Assembly (NCBI GenBank): GCA_963771175.1
Contig: CAVYSY010000026.1
Location: 1-64,000, forward strand
DNA: 64,000 nt
Direction of reading: 5' to 3'
Origin: an uncultured delta proteobacterium
GTDB taxonomy: Bacteria > Myxococcota > Myxococcia > Myxococcales > Myxococcaceae
Shown here piece after piece: positions 43,750-55,588 of the stretch. Position 1 is the first letter of the stretch. Each line of letters opens with the position of its first letter. The position numbers and the translations under genes were made by a program. The notes beneath the pieces are model-generated. The model did not search any database, was not told where the DNA came from, and was given only the letters and a program-made list of their open reading frames with translations.

Positions 43750-44703
43750 TCAGATGGAGCGCACGTACTCGCGCTTGAGGAGCTGCAGCACCGCCTCGGC
43801 CGCCTGGACGTCGTCCTGCTCCGAGTGGTCCAGCACCCCACCCAGCGAGCCGTAGTTGTGCACGAGCTGCAGCACGTCCAGCAGCTCCGGCGACAGCTCG
43901 CGCAGCGGCGCCGTCATCGGCATGGCCAGCGTGAGCTGGGTGGCGAACGCCGGCAGGTCCTTCTGGATGCGCTTGTACTCGTCGAGCTGGCGCAGCGCGT
44001 CCATCAGCAGCGCCTCGGTGGACGAGTCCATCTCCACCATGAACTCCTGGGGATCGGCCGGACGCAGCTCGAAGTCGCCCTGCTCCCAGGTGACGATGCG
44101 GTTGAAGCTCTTCTGCGGCCCCAGGTTGTGGTTGTCGTCGATGACCGCGTAGTACACGCGGCCCTGGCGCAGGTAGATGCGTCCCTCGTGCTCGTTGCTC
44201 ACCACCAGCACGCCGTTCTTCTTGGACGTGTGGAAGAGCTGGAGCAGGTCGGGCAGCGGAATCTCCTCGATCTTCCCCGTCATGGACGAGGCCTTCGTCG
44301 AGGTACGTGCCGCCTGGGCCGCCGCCGCCTCCTCCAGCTTCTGCTTGGCCATGGCGTCGTCGACCTCGCCAACGCCGGCGCCCTGCTGGATGAGCTTGAG
44401 GATGGAGGTCCCGATGAGGATGCGGTCCCCTTCCTTCAGCGTCGCCTGCTTCACCTTCTCGCCATTGACGAAGGTGCCGTTGGTCGAGCCCAGGTCCTCG
44501 ATGGAGATCTGACCGGCCCCGTTGACGATGATGCGCGCGTGCTTGCGCGACACCATGTCCTCGACGAGCACCATGTCGAGCTCGCTCGAACGACCGATGA
44601 CGATCTGCCGCTCCGCCTTCAGGGGGAACTCACCACCCTGGTACTTGCCGGAGATGAACTTGAGCGCGTACGCCCTTGCCGCCGATCCGCTCGGAGTGCT
44701 CAC
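43750..44703 (-). CDS. FHA domain plus DUF4388-like protein
   Basis: IGRSS, VSRKHA, DLGSTNGTFVNG; GKIEEIPLPDLLQL..SKKNGVL. Confidence 0.88.
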   Translation of the reverse strand: MSTPSGSAARAYALKFISGKYQGGEFPLKAERQIVIGRSSELDMVLVEDMVSRKHARIIVNGAGQISIEDLGSTNGTFVNGEKVKQATLKEGDRILIGTSILKLIQQGAGVGEVDDAMAKQKLEEAAAAQAARTSTKASSMTGKIEEIPLPDLLQLFHTSKKNGVLVVSNEHEGRIYLRQGRVYYAVIDDNHNLGPQKSFNRIVTWEQGDFELRPADPQEFMVEMDSSTEALLMDALRQLDEYKRIQKDLPAFATQLTLAMPMTAPLRELSPELLDVLQLVHNYGSLGGVLDHSEQDDVQAAEAVLQLLKREYVRSI

Positions 44704-44806
44704 GGTGCTACGACCTCGAGATGATGAGTGTTGCCATGGCGCTCAGCTTCCCCTCGCCACTCCTCCGCCCCACCTCAGCCGAGCCCTGCTGAGAACCGCG
44801 CCTAGC

Positions 44807-45517
44807 CTACATGAGACCGGGCGAAAACAAGAATTCCTCCCCGCTACGAATCAACGAGAGCCGGCGCTGACCCCGATCATCCACGGGCCGGGAGGGAAGA
44901 TCCCCCTCCAACCGCCACTCCTCGGTCGCCACCGCCTCGTCCCGTTCGAGTCGCAGGTACCACGCCTGCGCCTGGTAGCGGCGCCGCTGGAGCGCCAGCA
45001 CCTTGTCCAGCTCCGCCTCCCCTCCCGGGTCGCCCTGCGCCCCCGGAGCCCGAAGCGCCATGAGGGTTTTCCGCTCCCCTGCCTCCAGCGCCCGGCGCCG
45101 GGCCTCCAGCGCGCCCACCACCGCCGCCAGCCGGGGCGCGGCCAGTCCTTCCGGCACCCACTGCCGCCCCCGGAGGACGAAGGGCACCTGCTCCACGCCC
45201 AGGGAGCTGACCTCGGTGCGCCCCAGCCGGCCCGAGAAGTCCAGGGTGGCCGAGGCCACGGCGCGCTGGCCCCCCGGCTCCACGCTGACGGTGATGCGCG
45301 CGAAGTGGTGCTGCTGGGAGATGAGCGGCGCTCCCGCCCCGGGGATGGCCAGCTCCAGCCCGTCCCGCTCGGAGCTCTTGAGCGCGGTGATGATCTCCGC
45401 TTCCGGCCCGGCCGCCATCCCCAACAGGCGTGGCATCAGCACCGTCAGTGCGACCCCGACGGCCAGCAGGGCGATGAGCACACCGCCCAGCCGGCTCCAG
45501 TCCTCGGTGCTCCTCAC
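44807..45517 (-). CDS. Hypothetical membrane-anchored protein
   Basis: N-terminal TM; overlaps the bamD stop. Confidence 0.7.
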   Translation of the reverse strand: MRSTEDWSRLGGVLIALLAVGVALTVLMPRLLGMAAGPEAEIITALKSSERDGLELAIPGAGAPLISQQHHFARITVSVEPGGQRAVASATLDFSGRLGRTEVSSLGVEQVPFVLRGRQWVPEGLAAPRLAAVVGALEARRRALEAGERKTLMALRAPGAQGDPGGEAELDKVLALQRRRYQAQAWYLRLERDEAVATEEWRLEGDLPSRPVDDRGQRRLSLIRSGEEFLFSPGLM

Positions 45518-46290
45518 GAGCCCATCAGACGCCGGGCGCGCTCCGCGGCGGGCGTCCCCGGAAGGCGCTCGATGATCCGCTGCAACGTCTGCCTCGCACG
45601 CTCGGTGTCATTGAGCCGCACATAGGCGTCGTGCAGGTCGAAGAGGGCATCCTCCTCGAGCGAGGTGCCCGGATACTCCTTCAGCAGCCCCTCCAGCCGC
45701 TGCGCCACGGCCTTCCAGCGCTCGCGCTTGGCGTAGAACCTGGCCACGTACATCTCGTGCTCGGCCAGCCGCTGGCGCGTCTCCTCCAACTTCTGCTTCG
45801 CCTCGGGGGTGTACTCGGACTCGGGGTACTGGCGGATGAACTCATTGAGCGAGCGCAACGCGGCCTGCACCTCGGTCTGGTCCTTCTGCGTCGAGGGAGG
45901 CAGGAGGAAGAAGTCCGAGGGGATGTCCTGGAAGTGGCTGAGGGCCATCTGGTACGCGGCGTAGTCCACCCGGGCGTGCGTGGGGTGGAGCTTGATGAAG
46001 GACTGGTACTTCTCGCGCGCCTCGGCGTACTTCTCCTGGGCGAAGTCGAGGTCCGCCAGCTTCAACTCGGCCTCGTTGGCCGCATCGAGGTAGGGGTACT
46101 TGGTCCGGACGTGCTCGAAGTACTTCTCGGCCTGGAAGAAGTCCTTCCGATCCAGGGCCTCGTCGCCCAGGCGGAGGTTGGCCTCGGCATCGGTACCGTA
46201 GTCGGGATCCCCAGGCTGGCCGGCGGAGAGGGCCGCGCAGCCGGCGGCGGACAGGAGGGCAGTCAGGCAGACAGCTCGAAGGAGACGCAT
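45514..46290 (-). CDS. bamD: Outer membrane protein assembly lipoprotein BamD
   Basis: Lipobox AAGC, TPRs, FIKLHPTH, RLAEHEMYVARFY. Confidence 0.9.
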   Translation of the reverse strand: MRLLRAVCLTALLSAAGCAALSAGQPGDPDYGTDAEANLRLGDEALDRKDFFQAEKYFEHVRTKYPYLDAANEAELKLADLDFAQEKYAEAREKYQSFIKLHPTHARVDYAAYQMALSHFQDIPSDFFLLPPSTQKDQTEVQAALRSLNEFIRQYPESEYTPEAKQKLEETRQRLAEHEMYVARFYAKRERWKAVAQRLEGLLKEYPGTSLEEDALFDLHDAYVRLNDTERARQTLQRIIERLPGTPAAERARRLMGS

Positions 46291-46305
46291 GGGTAGGGAA
46301 GCAAG

Positions 46306-46812
46306 CTAATCGTCCGGACCGGAAGGTTCCAGCGTCGCGTCACCAAGTACCCGCTGGATGACGTCTTCGGAGAAGCCCCGGCTGACCAGGAGACGGCCGG
46401 CCCGCGCGTACTCCTTGGGCTCCAGCTTCCGGCCCGACAACCCCCGCTGCTCCAGCACCTGGCGCGCGGCGGCCTCCGCGTCGAACTCCACCGTGTCGCT
46501 GGCCGAGGCCACCGCCGCCTGGGCCTGCTCTCGGCTCAGCCCATGGGCCCGCAGCCGCTGCTGCACCGCCTGGGGGCCGTACCTGCCCCGCTGCAGCAGC
46601 ACCGCCGCCCGCTCCCGGGCGAAGCGCTCGTCGTCCAGGTAGCCCCAGCCCTGGACCTGCGCCAGCGCGGCGGTGCGCACCGGCTCGGAGAAGCCCTTGC
46701 GCTCGAGCGCCGTCAGCAATTCGTGCCGGCTGCGGCCCCGGACGGCCAACAGTCGCAGGCACGCGTCCGTCGCGCGCCTGACTTCCTCGGGGGTGGCATC
46801 CTCGGAGTCCAT
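46306..46812 (-). CDS. recX: Regulatory protein RecX
   Basis: LLAVRGRSRHEL, GYLDDERFA, YGP, LVSRGFS. Confidence 0.88.
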   Translation of the reverse strand: MDSEDATPEEVRRATDACLRLLAVRGRSRHELLTALERKGFSEPVRTAALAQVQGWGYLDDERFARERAAVLLQRGRYGPQAVQQRLRAHGLSREQAQAAVASASDTVEFDAEAAARQVLEQRGLSGRKLEPKEYARAGRLLVSRGFSEDVIQRVLGDATLEPSGPDD

Positions 46813-46846
46813 CGCCTGCTCTCTAGCATGTGGTAACAGGCGCGGC

Positions 46847-47587
46847 ATGCACCCCCTCATCGCCCGCTACCTCAGCCCCGAAGCCGCCCGCGAGACGCTC
46901 CTGAAGGAGAAGAACGGCGAGCCGCTCGAGCCCGAAGAGCGGCTCTTCGCCGAGACCGCCGCCGCCCACCCCGACAAGCGCAATGACCTGCTGGGCGGCA
47001 AGGGCAAGCGCCACCTCTCCTCGGATGCCGAGGCGGCGGTCGTCTTCCTGGCCTCCTACGCCGCCACGCGCGCCATCGCCGAGGACCCGGCGCTCTCCAC
47101 CGCCACCGCCAAGGCCCGGGAGGCCCTCGGTGCCGAGGGGGCCACCCCCGACGAGACGGATGCCTTCATCGCCTCCATCCTCCTGGAGGAGGCCTTCGGC
47201 TACGAGGAGGAGATGGAGGCCTTCGACCGCTCGTACGTGGAGGAGACGCTCGGAGAGGTGCCCGCCCTGGCCGCCCTCACCCGCGAGCAGGTGGACGCCC
47301 TCATCTACGGCTTCGAGAAGGCGAGCAAGGACGAGACCGAGCGGGACGTGCGTGCGCGCATCGCCCGGGCCCTGGTGAACATCGCCTGGGGCGAGGGGCC
47401 CACCCCCATCAACCCCGAGCACATGGAGGCGCTCTTCGAGTCGGAGATCGCCGACAAGCCCGAGGCCGAGATGGAAGCCGGCCTGCGCGCCACCGTGGAG
47501 TTCCTGCAGGTGCTCGCGAAGGAGGGGCTCATCGGGCCCCAGCGGCTCACGCGCCTGCGGGCACAGCTTGGGGACGAGGAGGCGTAG
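46847..47587 (+). CDS. Hypothetical protein
   Basis: Clean acidic helical ORF with host-like codon usage. Confidence 0.75.
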   Translation: MHPLIARYLSPEAARETLLKEKNGEPLEPEERLFAETAAAHPDKRNDLLGGKGKRHLSSDAEAAVVFLASYAATRAIAEDPALSTATAKAREALGAEGATPDETDAFIASILLEEAFGYEEEMEAFDRSYVEETLGEVPALAALTREQVDALIYGFEKASKDETERDVRARIARALVNIAWGEGPTPINPEHMEALFESEIADKPEAEMEAGLRATVEFLQVLAKEGLIGPQRLTRLRAQLGDEEA

Positions 47588-47613
47588 GCTCCCGCCTCCC
47601 CGGGAGAGGGGTG

Positions 47614-49476
47614 CTACGCGGCGTCCTGTCTGGAGCCCGGAGTCTTCCCCTCCCCGCCCTCCGTCGAGGCCACCAGCGCGGCCAGTTCCTCCCCCGACAT
47701 CACCTCCTGGGAGAGCAGCCGCGCCGCCCCGGTCCGGAGCAGCTCGATGCGCTCGCTGAGCACCCGCGTCACCCTCGCGTGCTGCGAGTCCAGGAGTCCT
47801 CGAATCTCCTGGTCGATGCGCCGCGCCAGCTCCTCGCTGTAGTCGCCGCGCGCGCCCGGCAGGCTCCCGTCGTACAGCGGCGAGCGGCGCTCCAGGTCGA
47901 ACGTCACCGGGCCCAGCGAGTCGCTCATCCCGTACCCCTTCACCATGCTCCGGGCGATGTCCGTGGCCTTCAGCAGGTCGTCCTGCGCCCCGGTGGAGAC
48001 TTCCCCGTAGACGAGCTCCTCGGCCACCCGGCCTCCCAGCAGCACGGCGATGCGCGCCTCCAGCTCGCCGCGCGTCATCATGTAGCGGTCCTCCGTGGGC
48101 AGTTGCAGCGTGTACCCCAGCGCGCCAATCCCCCGCGGGATGATGGAGATCTTCTTCACCGTCTGGCCCGACGCGAGCACGGCGCTCGTCAGCGCATGGC
48201 CCATCTCATGGTGCGCCACGCGCTCGCGCTCCAGGGGCGACAGCACGAGGTTGCGCTTCTCCGGGCCCGCCACCACCCGCTCCACCGCCTCCTCCAGCTC
48301 GGCGCGCCCCACCGTCTGCTTCTGCCGACGCACCGCCAGCAGCACCGCCTCGTTGAGGATGTTGGCCAGGTCCGCGCCCACCGCCCCCACCGTCATCGCC
48401 GCCACGAACTCCAGGTCCTTCTCGGCCTCCAGGGGCATCTTGCGCGCGTGCACCTTCAGGATGGCCAGCCGCCCCGCCCGGTCCGGCCGGTCCACCCGCA
48501 CGTGCCGATCGAAGCGCCCGGCGCGCAGCAGCGCCGGGTCCAGTATCTCCGCCCGGTTCGTCGCCGCCATCAGGATGACACCCACGCGCGGGTCGAACCC
48601 GTCCAGCTCCACCAGGAGCTGATTGAGCGTCTGCTCGCGCTCCTCGTGCGCGTTGGGCCCCGTGCCGCGCACCTTCCCGAGCGCGTCCAGCTCGTCGATG
48701 AAGATGATGCACGGCGCCTTCTGGTGCGCCTGGGCGAACAGGTCGCGCACCCGCGCGGCGCCGACGCCCACGAACATCTCCACGAACTCCGAGCCGCTCA
48801 TGCTGAAGAAGGGGACCTTGGCCTCGCCCGCCACCGCCCGCGCCAGCAGCGTCTTGCCCGTGCCCGGCGGGCCCACCAGGAGGATGCCCTTGGGTACCTT
48901 GCCCCCCATCCGGGTGAACTTGTCCGGCGAGCGCAGGAACTCGATGACCTCCTGCAGCTCGCCCTTGGCCTCGTCCACGCCCGCCACGTCGGAGAAGCGC
49001 ACGGGGATGGACTTCTCCACGTACACCTTCGCCTTGCTGCGCCCCACGGACATGTAGCCCCCGGGCCCGCCCGTCCCCGCCGACGACTGCACCCGCATCA
49101 GCAGGAAGACGAGCCCCAGCGGCAGCAGCCACAGCCCGAGGTGCAGCCACGGGTTGCCCGGCACCGACCCCGTCACCTTCACCTTGTGCGCCAGCAGCTC
49201 GCGCGTCAGCTCCGGGTCATCCACCCGGATGACGGAGAAGGCGCGCGGCTCCGCCCCCTCCTTCTCGGGCGTCAGCTTTCCGCTGATTCGCTCGGGAGAG
49301 ACGGTCACCTCTCGCACCTGACCCGTGGCCAGGGCCTCGCGAAACTCGGTGTACGCGAACGAGGGGCGCTCCACGCGCTCCAGCATCTGGTAGCCCAGCG
49401 CCAGCAGCACCACGAACAGCAGCGCGTGCCACCATCGGTTGCGCACCACGGGGGGTTTGGGGGGCTCGGGGGTCAT
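47614..49476 (-). CDS. ftsH: FtsH-family ATP-dependent zinc metalloprotease
   Basis: Two TMs, [44 protein letters not shown]. Confidence 0.93.
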   Translation of the reverse strand: MTPEPPKPPVVRNRWWHALLFVVLLALGYQMLERVERPSFAYTEFREALATGQVREVTVSPERISGKLTPEKEGAEPRAFSVIRVDDPELTRELLAHKVKVTGSVPGNPWLHLGLWLLPLGLVFLLMRVQSSAGTGGPGGYMSVGRSKAKVYVEKSIPVRFSDVAGVDEAKGELQEVIEFLRSPDKFTRMGGKVPKGILLVGPPGTGKTLLARAVAGEAKVPFFSMSGSEFVEMFVGVGAARVRDLFAQAHQKAPCIIFIDELDALGKVRGTGPNAHEEREQTLNQLLVELDGFDPRVGVILMAATNRAEILDPALLRAGRFDRHVRVDRPDRAGRLAILKVHARKMPLEAEKDLEFVAAMTVGAVGADLANILNEAVLLAVRRQKQTVGRAELEEAVERVVAGPEKRNLVLSPLERERVAHHEMGHALTSAVLASGQTVKKISIIPRGIGALGYTLQLPTEDRYMMTRGELEARIAVLLGGRVAEELVYGEVSTGAQDDLLKATDIARSMVKGYGMSDSLGPVTFDLERRSPLYDGSLPGARGDYSEELARRIDQEIRGLLDSQHARVTRVLSERIELLRTGAARLLSQEVMSGEELAALVASTEGGEGKTPGSRQDAA

Positions 49477-49520
49477 CGTCAGGTTCTCTCTGCGGCCTCA
49501 CCGCCGCGGACGCACTGAAG

Positions 49521-49536
49521 AGCAAGCACCGTTCCA
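49521..49536 (-). promoter_or_regulatory. Putative sigma-54 promoter of ftsH
   Basis: TGGAAC-GGTGC-TTGCT against consensus TGGCAC-N5-TTGCW, 45 nt upstream of the ATG. Confidence 0.65.
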
Positions 49537-49744
49537 CCGCCTGCGCCTCCAGCGACCCCCACGAGGGGGCCTGCAAGAGGTGCGGCGCGATACCTGCCGC
49601 CGCAAGGATTGCGGCGATGGAGGCCCGGATATACGCGCCAGGCCTCCCGGTCGCACTGCTCTCGAACTTGTCCACTTACTGTACAAGTTGCCGAAGACCG
49701 TGCCCGACGGCCCCCCCCTCCTGCACGGACTGTCCTCGGACGGC

Positions 49745-51120
49745 TTAGAAGCGCTCGATCTGGAAGTCGTCGTCGCCACTGGGAGGCTTGGCAGCGGGCG
49801 CCGGAGCCGCGGGACGAGGAGCCACCGCCGGAACCCCCGTGCGAGACGCGGACGCCGCCGCGGGAGCACCCGGGCGGGGCGCGGCACCGGGAGCGGGAAT
49901 CCCCGGACGGGGCGCGGCGAGCGCGGGCGCCGCACGAGCCGGAGTCGCGGCGGGAGCCTGGGGCTGCTGGTTCTGGCCGAACTGGTTCGTCCCCGGCACG
50001 GGCTTGGGGCCGCTGCCATCGAAGTCGTCCCACTTCGAGTCCGAGGTGGCGCTGATGCCGGAGAAGCGCAGCGCGAAGTCGTCCGGGTTGGTGGCCTGGC
50101 GGTGGGCCTCCTCGTAGGTGACGAGCCCCTGCCGCACCAGTGACATGAGCGACTGGTCGAAGGTCTGCATCCCGTAGGTGTCGAGGCCCTGGGCGATGGC
50201 GTCCGGGATCTCCTTGGTGCGGTCCTTGTCCTCGATGAGCTCCTTCACGCGGGCGGTGCAGCTTGCAGCATCTCCACCGCGGCCACGCGGCCCTTGCCGT
50301 CGGCGCGCGGCACCAGGCGCTGGCTCACCACCGCCTTGAGCACGCTCGCCCAGCTGGATGCGCACCTGCTTCTGCTGGTACGGCGGGAAGGCCGAGATGA
50401 TGCGGTTGATGGTCTCCGTGGCGTCCAGGGTGTGCAGCGTGGACATCACCAGGTGGCCCGTCTCCGCCGCGGTGAGCGCGGTCTCGATGGTCTCGAGGTC
50501 GCGCATTTCGCCGACGAGGATGACGTCCGGGTCCTGCCGCAGCGCGCTCTTCAGCGCCTGGGCGAAGGACATCGTGTCCACGCCCACCTCGCGCTGGTTC
50601 ACGATGGAGCGCTTGTCGCGGATGAGGAACTCGATCGGGTCCTCGATCGTCATGATGTGGTTGGTCTCGGTGGCGTTGATGTGATCGATCATCGCCGCGA
50701 GCGTGGTGGACTTGCCCGAGCCCGTGGTGCCGGTGACGAGGATGAGGCCGCGCTCCTCCAGGCGATCTTCTCCAGGACTGGCGGCAGCATCAGCTCCTTG
50801 ATGGTCATCACCTTGAAGGGGATGACGCGGAGCACCGCGCCGATGGTGCCGCGCTGCTGGAAGACGTTGACGCGGAAGCGGCCCAGCCCGGGCACGCCGT
50901 AGGCCAGGTCCACCTCGTTGCTCTGCTTGAACTTCTCCTTCTGGAACTCGTTCATGATCCCGAAGGCCATGCGCGCCACCTCCTCGGGCGGCAGGCGCTT
51001 GCCGTCCTTCAGCGGCACCAGCGAGCCGTCCACCCGGAACATGGGCGGCAGGCCCGCCTTCAGGTGGATGTCGGAGGCACCGCCGCGCAGCGCGATCTGG
51101 AGGATCTCGTTGAGTTCCAT
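49745..51120 (-). CDS. pilT: PilT-family ATPase with Pro/Ala-rich tail, frameshifts
   Basis: ASDIHL, RFRVNVF, GTTGSGKST, TIEDPIE, ALRQDPDVILVGEMRD, AETGHLVMSTLH, GMQTFDQSL. Confidence 0.9.
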
Positions 51121-51200
51121 GGATGGCTCGGGATGCTAGCACGTCCAACCGGCCGCGGAGACGAGGCGCCCGTCGAGGCCCGCGCGCCTGCCCTGGCCCG

Positions 51201-51240
51201 CAAAACACAACGGCGGAGGCCCCCGAGAGGACCCCCGCCG
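51201..51240 (-). terminator. Terminator after rpsI
   Basis: Minus strand CGGCGGGGGTCC..GGCCTCCGCCG then TTGTGTTTTG. Confidence 0.65.
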
Positions 51241-51273
51241 TGCGGGTGCTCCAGCGAAGTCCGGAACGACGGA

Positions 51274-51680
51274 TTAGCGCTTGGAGAACTGGAACCGGCG
51301 ACGCGCGCCCGGCTGGCCGTACTTCTTGCGCTCGACCGCGCGGGCGTCGCGGGTGAGGAAGCCGGCCTTCTTCAGCGGCGGGCGGAACTCGGGGTTGAGC
51401 ACGCACAGCGCGCGGGAGAGGCCGTGGCGGATGGCGCCGGCCTGGCCGCGAGAGGCCGCCGCCGCGCACGTTGACCGTCGATGTCGACCTTGCCCATCTG
51501 CTCGAGCACCTGGAGCGGCTGGTTGATGATCATCTTCGAGGTCTCGCGGCCGAAGTACTCGTCCATCGTCGCGGCCGTTGACGAGTCACGACGCCGGTGC
51601 CCGGCTTGATCCACACGCGCGCGGTGGACTCCTTGCGGCGGCCGGTGGCGTAGAAACCCTTGTCAGTGGCAGGTAGCCAT
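51274..51680 (-). CDS. rpsI: 30S ribosomal protein S9, apparent frameshifts
   Basis: [21 protein letters not shown]-terminal [18 protein letters not shown]. Confidence 0.9.
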
Positions 51681-51714
51681 GTCGTCTTTCTCGTGTCTTG
51701 GGAAGGAAGAGCGC

Positions 51715-52163
51715 TTACGCCTCGACCTCGCGCGGCGACCGGCTTCTGCGCCGCGTGCGGGTGCTTGTCGCCGGCGTAGACCTTGAGCTTGGTCATCATC
51801 TGCCGGCCCAGCGCGTTGCGCGGCAGCATGCGGCGCACGGCGTTGAGGATGATGTCCTCGGGGTGCCGCGCGCGCAGCTTGGCGAGGTTGGTGGTCTTCA
51901 GGGCGCCCGGGAAACCGGCGCGCGGGTGCCGGTAGTACATCTTGTCCTGCTCCTTGGTGCCGGTGACCTTCACCTTGTCGGCGTTGATCACGATGACGTG
52001 GTCGCCGGTGTCGATCGACGGGGTGTACATCGGCTTGTGCTTGCCCTTGAGCAGGGTGGCGATCTGGCTGGCGGCGCGGCCGAGCACCTTGTCCGGACAC
52101 GTCGATGACGTGCCACTCGCGCTTGATGTCCGTCGGCTTCGCGCTGTAGGTCCTCTGCGACAT
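51715..52163 (-). CDS. rplM: 50S ribosomal protein L13, apparent frameshifts
   Basis: [45 protein letters not shown]. Confidence 0.92.
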
Positions 52164-52283
52164 TGTTTGAACTCCAGAAATCTTGTGGCGCCCGAAGCGC
52201 CTGTAGCCAGAGAACCGCGGTCCACCCGAGAACTTCCAAGCTGGCCCGGAAAGGGCGACCGTCTTAGAGGCGGGCGGGTCAAG

Positions 52284-54422
52284 TCAAGGCGCTCGGATCG
52301 GCGTACCCCGCGCGATCCGGTGGGAGGCGCCCGGCTGTTGGCGCTCCCACGTCGTCTGGCCGAGGCCGCTCCCCCGCCTGCCTTGGGCCTTGAAGCGCTC
52401 CTTGAGGTTGGCGAAGAAGTTCTTCTCCTCGCTCGGTGGGGGCCCTCGGGCGCGGCGCGTCCAGGTCCACGCAGCTCGCACGAGCTCGGCGGGGATGTCC
52501 TCGAGGAAGCGGGAGGGGGTGCGGGGCAGCTCCTTGCCCCGCTTCACCCGGGTGGCGGCGCGGGTCAGGTACAGCACGCTCCGGGCGCGGGTGATGCCCA
52601 CGTAGCAGAGCCGGCGCTCCTCCTCGAGGTTCTGGGCCTCGCCCTGCATGCCCCCGTGGGGCATCAGGTCCTCCTCCATGCCGATGAGGAAGACCGACCC
52701 GGTACTCCAGCCCCTTGGCGCCGTGCAGGGTCATCAGGGTGACGCGCGCTTCGGCCCGCGGGCGCCTCCTCCTCTTCCTGGCGGGTGTCGAGGGAGAGCC
52801 GGTTCAGGTAGGTGAGCAGGCTGGCCTTCTGCCCCTCGCGCTTCTCGAAGGCCTCCAGCGAGGCGAGGACCTGGTCGACCGACTTGAGCTTCCGGTCGGC
52901 CGCGGCGGCGAGCGCGGTGAGCGATGCGCGCGCGCGTCCTTGAAGCCGATCTCCTCCAGCAGCTCGCGGGTGACCTCGGCGAGGTTCCCGTGCTCGAAGC
53001 CCTGCCGGTAGCGCTCGATCAGCGCGAGGAACTCGCGCCACCTTCTCGGCCGCGCCCTGGGGCAGGTCCTCGCACTCGCTCGGCGCGCTGCCATCGCCTC
53101 CCAGAGCGTGACGCCGTCGCGCTCGCGCGTGCGCGGCGAGCCGCTCCATGGTGACGTCGCCGATGCCGCGCGCCGGCACGTTGACGATGCGCAGCAGCGA
53201 TGATCTCGTCCTGCGGGTTCGCGATCACCTTGAAGTAGGCGATGACGTCCTTCACCTCGCGCCGGTCGAAGAACTCGCTGCCGCCGACCACCTCGTAGCG
53301 GATGCCGCTTCTCGCGCAGCGCCTCCTCGATCGGGCGGGCCTGGCCGTTGGTGCGGTAGAGCACCGCGATCTCGTCCGGCGGGATGCCCGCCGGCCACGT
53401 GCTTGGGGATCTCGTGGGCGACGAAGCGCGCCTCCTCCTCCTCGGTGGGCGCGATCACCACCTGGATGCGCGCGCCGCCCTTGCGGTCGGTCCACATCCG
53501 CTTGGCCTTGCGCTCGGGGTTCTTCGCGATGACCGCGTTGGCCGCGTCGAGGATCACCTGGCGTGCGAGCGGTAGTTCTGCTCGAGCCGCACCTCCTTCG
53601 CCGCCGGGGAAGTAGCGGTCGAAGCTCGAGGATGTTGCTCACCTCCGCGCCGCGCCAGCTGTAGATGCACTGGTCGTCGTCGCCCACCGCGCAGACGTTG
53701 CGCGCTCGCCCGGCGAGCAGCATCAGCAGGTCCAGCTGGGCGCTGGTTGGTGTCCTGGAACTCGTCCACCAGCAGGTAGCGGAAGCGCCGGGTGTACTTC
53801 TCCTGCAGGCCTCGGGGTGCTCGCGGAGCAGCCGCGACGGGCAGGACGATCAGGTCGTCGAAGTCCACCGCCCCCTGCGCCTTGAGCGCGAGCTGGTAGA
53901 GCGGGAAGACCATGTGGGTGATGAGGTCGTAGTCGTCCCCCATCCCCTCCGGCCAGCGGCTCGGGCGTCTTGCCCGCGTTCTTCGCCCGGGAGATGAGGT
54001 CGAGCACCTTGCGCGCGTCGAAGGCGCGGTCGTCGATGCTGCCGCTCGCGCATCGCGCCGCTTGATGAGCGCGAGCTGGTCGCCCATGTCGGCGATGGCG
54101 AACTTCTTCGGCCAGCCCAGCCGGTGGATGTCCTCGCGCAGCACCTCGGCGCCGAAGGCGTGGAAGGTGCAGACCAGCACCCCCTGGGCGCGGGCGCCCG
54201 GCCATGTGCACCACCCGCTCCTTCATCTCCGCGGCGGCCTTGTTGGTGAAGGTCACCGCCAGGATGTTGCGGGCCGGGACGCCCTGGCTGTCGAGCAGGT
54301 GGACGATGCGGTGGGTGATGACGCGGGTCTTGCCCGCAGCCGGCGCCGGCCAGCACCAGCAGCGGCCCCTCGGTGGTGACCACGGCTTCGCGCTGCGGCG
54401 GGTTGAGCTTCGAGAGGTCCAT
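52284..54422 (-). CDS. Rep/UvrD-family SF1 helicase, many frameshifts
   Basis: [74 protein letters not shown]. Confidence 0.9.
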
Positions 54423-54456
54423 TGCGCGCGGGCCGGGGATACCCTTTGATCGCGCC

Positions 54457-55061
54457 GTGCGCGACAATTCCTTTCCGCGGCGGCCTCGCTTCTGCTCGTG
54501 CCTCGTCGCGGGCTCGCGCCTGCACCGCTGGTGGAAAGAGGACGCCGGAGCGCGGCGCCGCCGTCCGCGGAGGCCTCGGCGCGCCGTTCCCCTGCGTCCA
54601 CTTCGAGGAGCTGCGGCCCTTCCTCCCGGAGACGCTGGAGGGCTTCACGCGCGTCCGCGACGAGGGCTCCACCGGCCGGTACGGCGAGGTGTCGGTCAGC
54701 GAGGCGGAGCGCAGCTTCCTCGACGGTGAGGACCGGGAGGTGACGGTGCGCATCGTGGACACCACCCTGGGCGAGCAGGCTGGCGGCAGGCCATCCGCGC
54801 GGCGGCGCAGGAGGGCCGCCGACCGCGCGCAGAGCGATCCCACCGCCCCCATCTTCTGGAAGCGACGCGGTGGGCTTCGTGCGCTACGACGACGACGAAC
54901 GGGCTGGCCGAGGCGAACCTGCTCGTCGGCGACCGCTACGTGGTGGCGGTGAGCAGCCACGGCTTCCCGGGCACCGTGGAGGTGCGCAGGTGGCGCGCGG
55001 CATCGATCTCGACGGGCTGGCGCGACTGAGCCAGGCCTCCGGCGGCGCGGACCGCCAGTGA
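54457..55061 (+). CDS. Hypothetical protein, frameshifted, boundaries uncertain
   Basis: Protein-like pieces [36 protein letters not shown] and [13 protein letters not shown]. Confidence 0.5.
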
Positions 55062-55072
55062 AAGGAGCATCC

Positions 55073-55570
55073 GTGGTGAAGGACAGAGGGTCGCGGCGGA
55101 ACGCACCGGATGTGCTCGAGCAGGAGGCGACGGCACGCCGGCAGGTGACCGCCATGAGCAAGCGCGAGTTCCTCGAGCAGTACCCGAAGCTCGCCAAGCA
55201 CTTCTCGGCGGACGCCGGGCAACCCCGGCTCCTACGCGTGCGAGGGCTGCAAGCGCTGCGCGAACTGCATGTTCTGCCGCGACTGCGACAGCTGCTACCA
55301 GTGCACCCACTGCACCCGCTGCGAGCTGTGCAACAACTGCTCGCACTGCGTGGACTCAAGAGCTGCCACGCCTGCGCCTACTGCGTGCAGAGCGAGAACT
55401 GCACCACCAGCGCCTACCTGGTGCTGTGCCGCAACCTCTCGGACTGCAACTACTGCTTCGGCTGCGTGGGGCTCGTCCAAGAAGGACTTCCACATCCTCA
55501 ACGTGCCCTTCCCCCGCACCGAGTACTTCAAGCAGGTGAAGCGGCTGCGCAAGGAGCTGGGCATCTCTGA
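55073..55570 (+). CDS. Cys-rich CxxC-repeat protein, frameshifted
   Basis: CEGCKRCANCMFCRDCDSCYQCTHCTRCELCNNCSHC...CNYCFGCVGL..KDFHILN. Confidence 0.75.
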   Translation: MVKDRGSRRNAPDVLEQEATARRQVTAMSKREFLEQYPKLAKHFSADAGQPRLLRVRGLQALRELHVLPRLRQLLPVHPLHPLRAVQQLLALRGLKSCHACAYCVQSENCTTSAYLVLCRNLSDCNYCFGCVGLVQEGLPHPQRALPPHRVLQAGEAAAQGAGHL

Positions 55571-55588
55571 GGCCAGCCCCCGCCGCGC

